Below are positions 9,465 through 19,697 of a stretch of DNA of 64,000 nucleotides, one piece after another (the stretch's first letter is position 1; each line of letters starts with the position of its first letter). The position numbers and the translations under genes were made by a program. The notes beneath the pieces are model-generated. The model searched no databases, was not told the origin of the DNA, and saw only the letters and a list, made by a program, of their open reading frames with translations. Origin of the DNA: Thecamonas trahens ATCC 50062 (taxonomy: Eukaryota; Protista; Apusomonadida); the NCBI RefSeq assembly GCF_000142905.1, contig NW_013657613.1, forward strand, positions 52,502-116,501. The letters are read 5' to 3'.

Positions 9465-11519
9465 TTACGGCGACCCAGTTCCGCGTGACCACGACTTGCT
9501 GCGGGCGGACCTGGTGCGCTGCAGCAGGAACGGCGGGTTCGGCCACTCGCTCGGTAGCTTGCCGACCGCGGCCCCGTGCTCCTCCGCTTTCAACGATTCG
9601 ACGAGAGCGATCCACTCGCTCTGTCTGCCATTGTCGACGGCTTGGTACAGCTCCATCACGCCACCCAACGCAAATACGTCGTGCGCAACCGCCATGATGG
9701 CTGTTGAGTTGACACAACCAGGCGCGCGTGACCCGTCGCGCACCACACGGAGACGTGCCGGGTACACGGTTCCGACCGGCCGCGCAAGGTCAAAGTCAAT
9801 GAGGTAACCTTTGCCGTTGTTGCCAAAGACAATGTTGCTACGGCGGACGTCGCCATGGACAATGCCCGCGGCATGGAGCTTCTTCAGCCGGGCCGCCACG
9901 TCGTCAAAGTGGGCCGTAGTCACGCCCGTGTCGTCGACCTCAACATCGGTCACAGCCTTGGTGACAACGACAGCAACATGACCAGGTAGCGCCTCGACCG
10001 TCTCGTTGTGGGGTCCGTGGAGAACGGTGAACGCTTTGTCGACCACCATCAAGCACATCCGCAGCTCGGGCGACACAATCGTCCACGCATCCAGGTTCGG
10101 CCAGCAGCGGGAGGAGGGGCGGAACCACTTGAAGACAAATCCAGCGACAACCGCCACGTTGGGCCCAAACTGCTGCGGCGCAAGGCTTGGGTCCGCCAGG
10201 CGCTTGACCATGATCTGGGTTACCTCGGACATCGAAACTGCAAAGCCGGCCACAATGTCCACGTACGATGTGAGCGAGTCGGTCTTGAGGAGGCCCACAG
10301 CTACATGCTGCACCTGGTTTTCGCCGACAAGGTGGGCTGCAAGTTGCAGCGAGATGTTGGCGCCGGAGTTTTCCGGCGTGGGAAACGACCCAGAGAGTGA
10401 GAGGATCGAAATCACAGCAGGGTAGCCAGCAGCAGCCAGCCCCAAGGCAGAAGCGTACGCCTCGACTTGTCCCCCCTTGGAGGAACTGCCGGGCTCAAAG
10501 ATGCCAAAGCCGAGCTTGACCTGCTGGGAGTGGAGGCCCCAGAGTACGTCCGGCTGCGCGTTGCGGAGTACCGGGTGTTCGACCCACATCCACGTCCGCA
10601 ATGGGCTTCGGTTGAACACAACAGCATCAGCACTGCGTGCGTCCGAGGAACTGGGATCATGCGAGTCTTCGCGGCTCTCGCGCGCATTCGTCACCCGAAC
10701 CGGAATCTGCTCCAGTTGCGGGTTGGTCAGTTCTTTCTCCGCCTCGATCATCGCGGCAAGCAGCTCGGTTGCCCGACGGTTTGAGTCTGGACGCGACGAC
10801 GACGATCCGGACTGGGCCAGCTCCGACGTGATAGCGGCCAAACGCGTTGTTGCGCGCTCGACTGATGTCGCGCTGGCAATGACCTTGTCGAGATCTGCTC
10901 GATTCTGCAAGCAAAAATCCAAAGCACTGGCCGTGTGCTTGGTCAGCTCCGTGTCACTCGGAAAGGAAGTCGAGATCTCGTCGCCAAGAAAGACGTACAG
11001 CGACGACGTGAGCTCCGAGAGGAAAGTGCGTTCGAGATGGAAGGTCTGCATTGGGTCAGCATCAAGCCCGACACACGGGCTAGAGCTGGAGGTGAAGACC
11101 AGAGGCCAGAGAGATTGGGTGATGTCACGCACAGCCTTTTGCATAGCAGCCTGCAGGTTACCAACGCGGCTAAACATTCCCAGGGCGACGTTGTGGTCGA
11201 GCTCGACAAACTGGCGAATGGGCGGAGAGGCAGCAGCGCCACTGCCGAGGTCTCCCGGCCCACTGGCAAGATCGGCCACGGACAAAGCTCCACTGCTTGC
11301 CGAAGGTGACTGGCTCTCCTGCTCCGGCCATCCAACCATCTTCAGGTGCCCGGTCACCAGCAGAGGGTAGAGTGCTGCCGGATCCGAGACCGGCGATAGG
11401 TGTGACGCAAAGCCCTTTGCCCTAGACTTGGAGGCCGCCCCGTGCGGCTGAATAATGCCGATCTGCGGGTGGAGCTTCTCGTTAGCCGGCGAGGCATGGC
11501 GCAGTTTGGCCTCGAGCAT
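9465..11519 (-). CDS. Crinkler-like protein: putative PD-(D/E)xK nuclease-fold domain + C-terminal kinase-like domain; upstream heptad header (to about 11990) is frameshifted
   Basis: Kinase motifs VFK, LHAAGIVHGDVRRSNIV, LIDFDLA, HDVFALG. Upstream QPDVLW...GIFE...GQVEAY. 684 aa open from in-frame ATG 11519. Confidence 0.7.
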   Translation of the reverse strand: MLEAKLRHASPANEKLHPQIGIIQPHGAASKSRAKGFASHLSPVSDPAALYPLLVTGHLKMVGWPEQESQSPSASSGALSVADLASGPGDLGSGAAASPPIRQFVELDHNVALGMFSRVGNLQAAMQKAVRDITQSLWPLVFTSSSSPCVGLDADPMQTFHLERTFLSELTSSLYVFLGDEISTSFPSDTELTKHTASALDFCLQNRADLDKVIASATSVERATTRLAAITSELAQSGSSSSRPDSNRRATELLAAMIEAEKELTNPQLEQIPVRVTNARESREDSHDPSSSDARSADAVVFNRSPLRTWMWVEHPVLRNAQPDVLWGLHSQQVKLGFGIFEPGSSSKGGQVEAYASALGLAAAGYPAVISILSLSGSFPTPENSGANISLQLAAHLVGENQVQHVAVGLLKTDSLTSYVDIVAGFAVSMSEVTQIMVKRLADPSLAPQQFGPNVAVVAGFVFKWFRPSSRCWPNLDAWTIVSPELRMCLMVVDKAFTVLHGPHNETVEALPGHVAVVVTKAVTDVEVDDTGVTTAHFDDVAARLKKLHAAGIVHGDVRRSNIVFGNNGKGYLIDFDLARPVGTVYPARLRVVRDGSRAPGCVNSTAIMAVAHDVFALGGVMELYQAVDNGRQSEWIALVESLKAEEHGAAVGKLPSEWPNPPFLLQRTRSARSKSWSRGTGSP

Positions 11520-11970
11520 GACAACCTTGGCCTCGAGCACGACAACCTTGGCCTTGGCCACCCCCAGTCGCTTCGCGCAGTTTGGCCTCGAGCACGACAA
11601 CCTTGGCCTCGGCCACACCGATCTTGGCCTCGGCCACCCCGACCTTGGCCTCGGCCACGTCGGCATCCGTTGCGACTCCAGCATGCCGTGCGCCAATCAC
11701 GGCTGACGTGGCCGAGGCCACGTCGGCATCCGTTGCGACTCCAGCATGCCGTGCGCCAATCACTGCCTCGTGCCTAGCCTCGGCCACCCGACCTTGGCCT
11801 CGGCCACCCCGACCTTGGCCTCGGCCACCCCGACCTTGGCCTCGGCCACGTCAACCCTGGTCTCGGCCTCGTCGACCTTGGCCTCGGCCACTTCGACCTT
11901 GGCCTCGGCCACTCCGACCTTGGCCTTGGCCACCCGGATCTCGGCCTCGGCTATGCGCACCTTGGCCTCT
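11500..11970 (-). repeat. 21-bp tandem repeats encoding AEAKVGV heptads, with a 63-bp-period internal duplication (11653-11763)
   Basis: Unit gaccttggcctcggccacccc on the + strand. ggccacgtcggcatccgttgcgactccagcatgccgtgcgccaatcac occurs twice. Confidence 0.9.
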
Positions 11971-12309
11971 GCTGCCTTCTCCCCTTTCCCTCACTCATGC
12001 AGCTGTCGTACGCCGCCAGGGCAGAGTGGTAGTTCTTGTAGGCCGTTTCAACTCCCCTTCTTGCCCTGCATGCATCCTTCCGCGACCTGGCCGGTGAGTG
12101 TCTCCTCGCGGTGCTTCGCGCCAACTACGACCTTTTTCTGTACCCACTCACCCCTTGCCTTCCCCCATCCACCCCCATCCCACCCCCAACCACTCCCCCA
12201 CCCAGCCACAAGAGCACCTACATGTCTTGGAGCAAACTCACACTCATTGTTCAACCATGAACGAGAGAGGAGTGGTGTGTGTGTGTGTATGTGCCCGGGG
12301 TCTCGCGAG

Positions 12310-12386
12310 CCGCCTGATCACCCGCCTGATCACCCGCCTGATCACCCGCCTGATCGCCGCCTGATCGCCTGCTGATCGCCCGCCTG
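12310..12386. repeat. 12-bp minisatellite (CCGCCTGATCAC)n, about 6 degenerate copies
   Basis: Direct reading. Confidence 0.85.
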
Positions 12387-12828
12387 CAAGGCTTGTCGCC
12401 TCGTGCCTCCATTGCCAGCCTTTTCTTGTTCGAAGCGGCGTCGCCATGCTGATGACCACGTACGTAGCAAATACGTGTCTACGAAGCGATCATCGTAGAT
12501 GCGGGGCTTGTCAGGGAGAAGTAGATCAAACAGCGCGACGCGCATGTCGCGGTTGTCGTCGAGGATAGTGGCGATGCGAGGCGCAGAGCATGGCTCGAGC
12601 CTGTCCGACAGTCTATGAGAGGTAAAGTAGTCAACGTCGTCAACAGGAGAGATCGGCTCGATGGCCGCGATCTCGTCGTAAATCTCGAGCAATTCGTCGT
12701 CGCCCATCAAGTCCAAGCCCAAGAAGCGGTGTGCCATTCTCCGAGCGCATCGGACGATTACCTCCTCTCTCACCCTTCCTTAACCCTCTGCACGTCTATG
12801 AAACGACAATGCTCCCTGCCTATTCTTG

Positions 12829-13029
12829 CTACTGTTGCGCCCACCGCTCGGCCGCCATCGAGCCGGGCACCGGCTTGTATCACTCCGGATGGTCAAGCGA
12901 CAGAATATAGCGATAGTCCATGAACAGCTCGGCAGTGTCGACGTCAATGTCGCGAGTCGCGAGCATGACCATGCCTTGCTGGATGATGCCCAGTCCAGCT
13001 GTGGTCTTCAGCGTCCTCTGCTTGCGCAT
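12829..13029 (-). pseudogene. Fragment of a SET-domain C-terminus (SETD9-like) with an internal stop
   Basis: MVMLATRDIDVDTAELFMDYRY...HPE*YKPV: ATRDI...ELxxDY SET motif, with TGA at 12882-12880 where a PEWY Trp is expected. Confidence 0.55.
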
Positions 13030-13113
13030 TGAATCATCCTAACCCCGCCGGTCACCGCACCCCCCCCCCCCCCCACACACACACACACTGACACATCGCC
13101 TTTAAAAGCACAC

Positions 13114-16100
13114 TCACATCGGCACAGCCACTTGTCCAGGCGTATGAAGTGATCCGTCAACAAACCGTGTTGTTTCGCTCAGCGACGATGGCTGCACCGG
13201 CCGCAGCGGTGAGAGCTCGTTACCGGTTCCGCTGTACACCATGACAGGCGGCGACGACGACATCGAGACCCGAACGGTAAAGTCTTTGCCAACACGTCCC
13301 GGTGGCAACATCGCCCGCCGTATCGGAGCTGGTGTCATCGCCGCGGCCTTGGCTTTGGCCTTGGCTTTGGCCTTGGCTTTGGCCGTCGCTCGCTGCGCCC
13401 GCTCGCGCGCCCGTGCCATCGCCCGCTCGGCCTTGGCTTTGGCTTTGGCCTTGGCTTTGGCCTTGGCCTTGGCTTTGGCCCGAGCCCGGTCCTTGGCCCG
13501 AGCCGCCTTTTGCGCCATTTGCTCCGCTGGGCTCGGCGAGAGCATGTCGAGCGAGGCCAGCAGCTCATCGACAGTGGTGTCAGCAGGCTTGCTCGTCCGC
13601 ACCGAGGCCGCCAGCTCGGCGATCTGTGCGTCTTTGGCAGCAATTTCTTGCTCGGCCTCGCGCAGTTCATCGACAGCCTCAGCCAGCATGCTGCGATGGG
13701 CTGCCTCGAGCTCGTACGCTTCGTTCCGCTGACGCACGAGATCGGCTACCTCCTCGACCATGTTCTCGGTCTCAACACTTGCCTCGGCCTCGGTCTGGGT
13801 CCCTGTCTCGATGGAGGGTGGCGGCTCCGGACCGGCCTTGGCCACAGCCACGGCCAACTTGCGCTCTACCCGCGCAATCTGTGCCTCGCTCTCCTCGCGA
13901 ATCCGTGCGGTCTCGGCCTTGGCAGCACGCGCAGCCGCACGCGCATCTCGCGCCTCGCTCATTGCCTCCAGAAGCTCGGTCTGGATCGCGGCCTCCTCGG
14001 CCTCGGACGCCTCCAGTCTTGCTTTCAGGCGCGCCATGTCGGCGCAGACTGCATCGCACTCGCCAGTTGCCTCGGCAAGACTTGCCTCGGCCTTGGTCGC
14101 TCGTTGCTTAAGCGCAGCCACTCGCTCTGCTGCCGTCTCGCGGCTCTGCTCAAGCATGGCCTCGAGATCAGCAACCCGGCGCTGCGCAGCGGCAACCTCA
14201 GCCTCCAGAACCTCGGTGGGTGCTTCGCGCACGGCGGCCAACTGCTCCAACGTGGCCAGATCCGTTTGCATGAGCGCATTGTCACGCTCGAGAGTGTGCA
14301 CTTTGTCGCGCAGAGCACGCTGCTCTGCCGCAGCTGCCGCTGACAGCTCTTCACGAACGAGGGCGATTGCTGCGTCATGGCTGGCCTGACTCGAGACAAG
14401 CTGTGATTCGAGCGCTGCAACATCATCGCGCCGGGCCGTTTCGACCCGCTCCAGCTCGGCGCGCATGTCATCGGCAGCGCGCGTCAGTGCTTCGATCTCT
14501 GCAGCTCGCTGCTCCAGCTGCTCGTGCAAGTCGCGGGCTGCAGCTTGCTCCTCCAGCGCCAGATTCCTTTCCCGCGCCGCTTTGAGCTCCAACCCTACAG
14601 CTGCAACCTGTTCGGCAGCAGCAGCTTTTGCTGCGTCGAGTGCCCGGCTGTGCTCCTCGTCGGCAAACTCCAGCTTCTGTTCCAACTCGCCAATCGTGCC
14701 CGCGGCATCAGCAAGCGCAAGTGCCTGCTCGAAATTGCTTTTGCGGAGGTCTGCCAGCTCCTTTTCAGCACGCGGCTTTGACACCCGGTTGTAGTCATTG
14801 CCAGCGGTGCCCACAAGCTCGCCGAGCGACGAGTTGCTGTCGGCCTCGGCCAGCGATGGGCTGTTCTCTGCCACTAACGACTCATCCTTGGCATCAGCAG
14901 CGACCACGCTCGACGAGTCATTGCCAGCGGTGGCCACGAGCTCGCCGAGCGACGAGTTGCTGTCGGCCTCGGCCAGCGATGGGCTGTTCTCTGCCACTAA
15001 CGACTCCTCCTTGGCATCAGCAGCGACCGCGCTCGACGAGTCATTGCCAGCGATGGCCACGAGCTCGCCGAGCGACGAGTCGCTGTCGACCCCGGTCAGC
15101 GATAGCCTGTTCTTGCTCTCGGCACCAGCAGCCACCGTTTCGGGGGCTTCAAGCCGTACGCCACTCTCAGATGCATCAGGAGCAGCCACAGGTGCCCCCA
15201 GTGACAGAACGCGTTCAGGCTCAACAACAGGAACAGCCACCATAGGCAAGGACGTGCATGGCTCGCCCTCGTCCGAGGTAGTTGACGAGTCGCTGGTGGC
15301 AGCAGCGGCACTAGCAGCAACAGCCATGGCCTCGAGCTCGGCCATTCTGTCGCGGAGATCACGGAGTTCGGCCTCGAGCAGAAGCGACTCGTCGGATGGC
15401 CTTGCAGCCTCGGTCTGGGCATGCGCAGCAAGGGCCTCAGCGGCCTTGCGCGCAGCTTGCTCCTTAGCCAAGCAAGACTCCAGCTCAGCGACGTGTGCCT
15501 GCAGCTCAGCGATGGCCTCGTCGCGAGCTTGCAAGTCGGCCGCCAAAGGTGCAGCAGACTCGGCAGGCGCAGCCGACTGCGCCAGTGCCAGTGCTGCATC
15601 GCGAGCCGACTCGGCAGCACGGAGCTCGGCCACCAGCTCTTCGCGTGAAAGCACAGCTTCTTCACCGGCAACCCGGGCGCTGTCGAGCGCAGCGGCCAGC
15701 TTTTGCGAGCGCTCCTTCTCGCTAGCAATGTGGCGCTCAAGCGCCGCCAGCCGCTCTCGCATCGCGTCGTCGCTCTCAAAGTACGCTCCCAGCACTCGGT
15801 CCAGCCGCGGCGCAATGGCGTCGAGCTCGTCGCTCGCTAGATCGTCGAGCGCCTCATCGCTCGTCATCAAGCTTGCCCCCTGTCCGCCTCGGGCGCCGTA
15901 ACCCGGCCGACCTCGGCGGCCGCGGCAGCGGCGCGCTCGTCAAGCAGACTCCGCAGCTCGTCAGCCTCGACAATGGCGTCGACCCGATCGGCATGTGACT
16001 CAGCAAGCAGCTGTTGCAGGGCAGTCATGGCCTCTTCACGCTGTGCGGCCTCGACCTTGAGGCGGCGCGCCAGCGCAGCATGCTCGGCTAGCACCTCAAG

Positions 16101-16502
16101 ATGCTCGCCGAGGAGAGCCACAGCATCGTCCGACTCGCCCCGAGCGGCCGCCGCCAGCTGCTCCAGCGCATTCTCTAGCGCCCGCACTGCCCCGCCGACC
16201 GCATCAACTGACGCATCCAGCCTGCTCCCCGCCTGTCCGGGCGTCAGCGCCTGTGCCACCTCGGCCAGCCCGGCCAAGATCGACGTGTGTGGCGACGGCC
16301 CGGAGCTCTCCGAGTCGGGGCCATCGCCATCACCATCTGCTGCTCCGCCCTCATCCCATACTCTGCCGCCCATCGCACCACTCCGATCCCAGACAATGCC
16401 ACCCGATCCCTCGCCCGGCCCGTCGCCTGTCCTGTCACCCAGCCCGGCGCCCAGCCCATCGCCGTCGCCGTCCGACTCAGACTCGCTCAACACTATGTCC
16501 AT
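13114..16502 (-). CDS. Large coiled-coil protein (about 1130 aa), split into two ORFs by an apparent 1-nt frameshift near 15876-15880
   Basis: ORFs 15867-16517 and 13114-15870 abut and share A/E/L-rich heptad composition. One extra G in the G5 run joins them. Internal 120-bp (40-aa) repeats at about 14795-15090 and AKAKAK runs. Confidence 0.7.
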
Positions 16503-17246
16503 CGACGCGCCTGGCAACTACCCGCCCACGACGTATGGCCCGTTCCCTGCCGCTCTCTCTGTCTATGCGTGCGGTGTGTGCATACGCCACCCCTCCCTCC
16601 CCCCCCCCCCCTTCCCCGCGGCACTGTCCGCCCTCCCTCACCGCCTGTCCGAACGGCCGAATTGGCGCCAATGGGCCCAATGGCCACCCAAAGTGGCAAA
16701 GGTCGAATGGCCAGGTCACACCAGGTTACGCCAGGTCACGCACGGGCCAAAGACACGATCTGGGATGGCCGCAACCGGAGCACGACCTGCGAGCACAGCC
16801 AAGGGGAAAGGCATGGCTGGGGTGCTCCGTCAAAGGGGGGAGGGGGCGGGGAGGGTGGAGAAGAGTTATTTCANNNNNNNNNNNNNNNNNNNNNNNNNNN
16901 NNNNNNNNNNNNNNNNNNNNNNNNNNNNNNNNNNNNNNNNNNNNNNNNNNNNNNNNNNNNNNNNNNNNNNNNNNNNNNNNNNNNNNNNNNNNNNNNNNNN
17001 NNNNNNNNNNNNNNNNNNNNNNNNNNNNNNNNNNNNNNNNNNNNNNNNNNNNNNNNNNNNNNNNNNNNNNNNNNNNNNNNNNNNNNNNNNNNNNNNNNNN
17101 NNNNNNNNNNNNNNNNNNNNNNNNNNNNNNNNNNNNNNNCTCATGCGGGGAGCCAGAGAAGATCCCTCTCCCCCCCCCCCCCCCCCCTTCGCGTGCCCAA
17201 TCAGGCGACACTTCCCTGCGCCGCTACCTTCCTTTCGCCGGCCGCC

Positions 17247-18500
17247 ATGGGATCCGCCTCGTCCAAGCCGACAGACCCTCCGCCCAATCAGCCCAATCCG
17301 CTCACGGCTCGTGAGATTGCTGCCACTGAGGCCCTACATGCCGAGCTGCGGGCGGTGCGCAAGGCGACGACAGCCGCGCCACCTGTGCCGACGGACATAC
17401 CGGTCGACGCGCCGATGGCGTCGGCGGGCGAGGAATACGTGTTCCATCCGAATCCGCTGCCGGTTGATGCCGAAGGCTATGCTGAGGCGCTGCCGGTGAC
17501 CGAGACGGTGGCCATTGCGGCGCGATTTGCCGAGCTGGGCGTGGTGGTGGTGGGCGGGTGCCTCGACGCCGATGAGGCGGCTGCGTCGGTCGATGCTGTG
17601 TGGGATCTGCTCGAGCGCCACTCGCCGCCCATCGAGCCGCGGCTGGACCGCCACAAGCCAGAGACGTGGGTGACAGCCAACTGGCCGGCGCTGTCCAAGC
17701 TGGGCATCCTCGGTGACACCATTGCCCTGCATCCGGCCCTCTTCCGCAACCGGGTCAACGCCCGCGTCGTCGACGCCTTTGCCGCCATCCTCGGTACACG
17801 CGACATGTGGCTCAACATCGGCCGGGTCTCCGCGATGCGCCCCACCCGCGACGTTCCGCTGCCGGTGAGCATCTTCGATCCGGCCCGCGAGGTTGATGCC
17901 GCTGCGCTCGCCGAAGCCCCGCGCGTCACCGACGCCCTTGGCCGCGAGTGCCTCCTCATCGACATGGATGAGTGGCGGACCGTCGAGGGCTGGCTCCACC
18001 TTGACTTTAATCCAAAGACCGGCGAGGCGACCGGGTTCTCGTGGCGGACCATCGAGCCCGCCGCAAATGTGTGGGACGCCGCCGATGCAAACGTCAAGCT
18101 CCAGGGCGTCCTCGCCCTCAAGGACTGCTCCGTCCACGATGGCGGCTTCCACTGCGTGCCAGGCGTGGCGCCGCACATCCGTGCCTGGGCCGCCGCCAAC
18201 GGCGACGCCCTCGCCACACAGCCTATGCCGGGCGACACCACCGTTCAGATCCCGAAGGACGACCCTATGCGCGCCGCCATCCAGCGCGTCGGTCTTCGCG
18301 CAGGCTCGCTCGTCATCTGGTCGTCAGCCACTCCGCATGGCACGTACCCCAACACATCGCCGGACATGCGCATCATCCAGTACATCAAGGCCACCCGCAG
18401 GGACCAGCGCTACTGGCGCCCGCTCTACACGCCCGACGACGTGCTTCCACCCGACTGGTCCCCCACACACGACGAGGCCGCCCTCCTCTTCCATCCTTAG
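17247..18500 (+). CDS. Phytanoyl-CoA dioxygenase (PhyH)-like Fe(II)/2-oxoglutarate oxygenase
   Basis: WLHLD (HxD), LQGVLALKD, GGFHCVPG, AGSLVIWSSATPHG, downstream Arg. N-terminal MGSASSK myristoylation-like motif. Confidence 0.88.
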   Translation: MGSASSKPTDPPPNQPNPLTAREIAATEALHAELRAVRKATTAAPPVPTDIPVDAPMASAGEEYVFHPNPLPVDAEGYAEALPVTETVAIAARFAELGVVVVGGCLDADEAAASVDAVWDLLERHSPPIEPRLDRHKPETWVTANWPALSKLGILGDTIALHPALFRNRVNARVVDAFAAILGTRDMWLNIGRVSAMRPTRDVPLPVSIFDPAREVDAAALAEAPRVTDALGRECLLIDMDEWRTVEGWLHLDFNPKTGEATGFSWRTIEPAANVWDAADANVKLQGVLALKDCSVHDGGFHCVPGVAPHIRAWAAANGDALATQPMPGDTTVQIPKDDPMRAAIQRVGLRAGSLVIWSSATPHGTYPNTSPDMRIIQYIKATRRDQRYWRPLYTPDDVLPPDWSPTHDEAALLFHP

Positions 18501-19402
18501 CCCACCGCCCTGCGCTCCTCCGCCTGTAAAGCCGCCGCCCGCTTGCCCAGATCGTGCGTCCATAGATACGTGCCCGGCGCCGCCGCCACCAACGCGTCGA
18601 GCGCCGGATAAACCCCCTGCTCGACATCGCAGGTCACGCGCTCCAACACCAGCCGGGGCGCTGTTGCTCGACCCAGCACCGCCGCCGCATACACCGGCGC
18701 GCCAGTCGCCGCCGCCAGCCGCGCCGCGCCCGTCCGCCCGCGCAGCCGTCGCCCGGCAAACACCACAGGCGGGCCGGTGGCTACCGCCACAGGCGCAAAC
18801 GCATCGCCCATGAGCCCGACAACATCGCCGCGGCGCAATGCAGCATCCAGCACTTTGTACGCGCCGCGAGCCGGGATCAGCCGCATCTGCGGCACAGCCG
18901 CGGCCCGTACAGCCGCCACCGCTGCATCCAGCGCGACATCCGCCAGTGGCGCGTACGCCACCCACATCAGCTGGTCCGGTGCCAGCCATGTGCCCACCGC
19001 CGCAGGCAACGCCTCCCACCAGCCGACATGGGCCGAGACCACAATCGCCGGCTGGCCGGTCAGCTCCGCCGCCACCGCCGCCACATCGCCGCCGGTACCG
19101 GCCGCCGCCGCAGCGCCCATTGCGCCAGCATGCGGCAGTAGGGCCGCAACCGCGCCAAGGTGCGCCAGGGCCTCGGCAGCCACCTCAGCCGCTCCCCGAT
19201 CGGTTGTTCCAGGCAGCGCCACCGCCACGTTCTCCACCGCCACCGCCCATCGATATGCACGGCTCGCGGCCACGGCCGAGCCCAGTGCCCGACCGCCGGC
19301 CTCGGCGACCGCCAGCGGCAGCCAGCCCGCTACCACCAGCACCATCCGCAGCAACACGCCCGCCAGCCAGCCCGCTACCACCCGTGCCCATGCTCGCCGC
19401 AT
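18497..19402 (-). CDS. Bacterial-type lipid A late acyltransferase family protein (LpxL/HtrB-like)
   Basis: N-terminal TM ending LPL..A...GRALG, ENV..ALP, IVVSAHVGWWE (Hx4E), LRRGDVVGLMGD, VVFAG...TGAARLA..TGAPV, APGTYLWTH. Confidence 0.8.
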   Translation of the reverse strand: MRRAWARVVAGWLAGVLLRMVLVVAGWLPLAVAEAGGRALGSAVAASRAYRWAVAVENVAVALPGTTDRGAAEVAAEALAHLGAVAALLPHAGAMGAAAAAGTGGDVAAVAAELTGQPAIVVSAHVGWWEALPAAVGTWLAPDQLMWVAYAPLADVALDAAVAAVRAAAVPQMRLIPARGAYKVLDAALRRGDVVGLMGDAFAPVAVATGPPVVFAGRRLRGRTGAARLAAATGAPVYAAAVLGRATAPRLVLERVTCDVEQGVYPALDALVAAAPGTYLWTHDLGKRAAALQAEERRAVG

Positions 19403-19593
19403 GCCTCCCGAGCCCGCCTTGTCGCCTGCCTGTCCCGAGATAGGGGTGCATCCGCCCGCCCTGTCCTGCCCTGTCCCGCCCCGCCCGACACACCAACAAA
19501 CCCGCGAGCGATTCAATGATGGATGGCTACGGCATCGAGGCCAGCTGCCTGGTCCCACGCCCTGCCCCGCCCTCGGGGCCACCGTCTCCGATC

Positions 19594-19631
<38 letters not shown>

Positions 19632-19697
19632 TACACACACGCGCGCACGCACATGCACATGGTCTCTTTTCCCCCGCCTTCCCTTCTCCTCCTGCCG

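Noticed and set aside
12780-12790. TTAACCCT as a possible piggyBac end
   Set aside because: No matching AGGGTTAA partner or transposase remnant nearby
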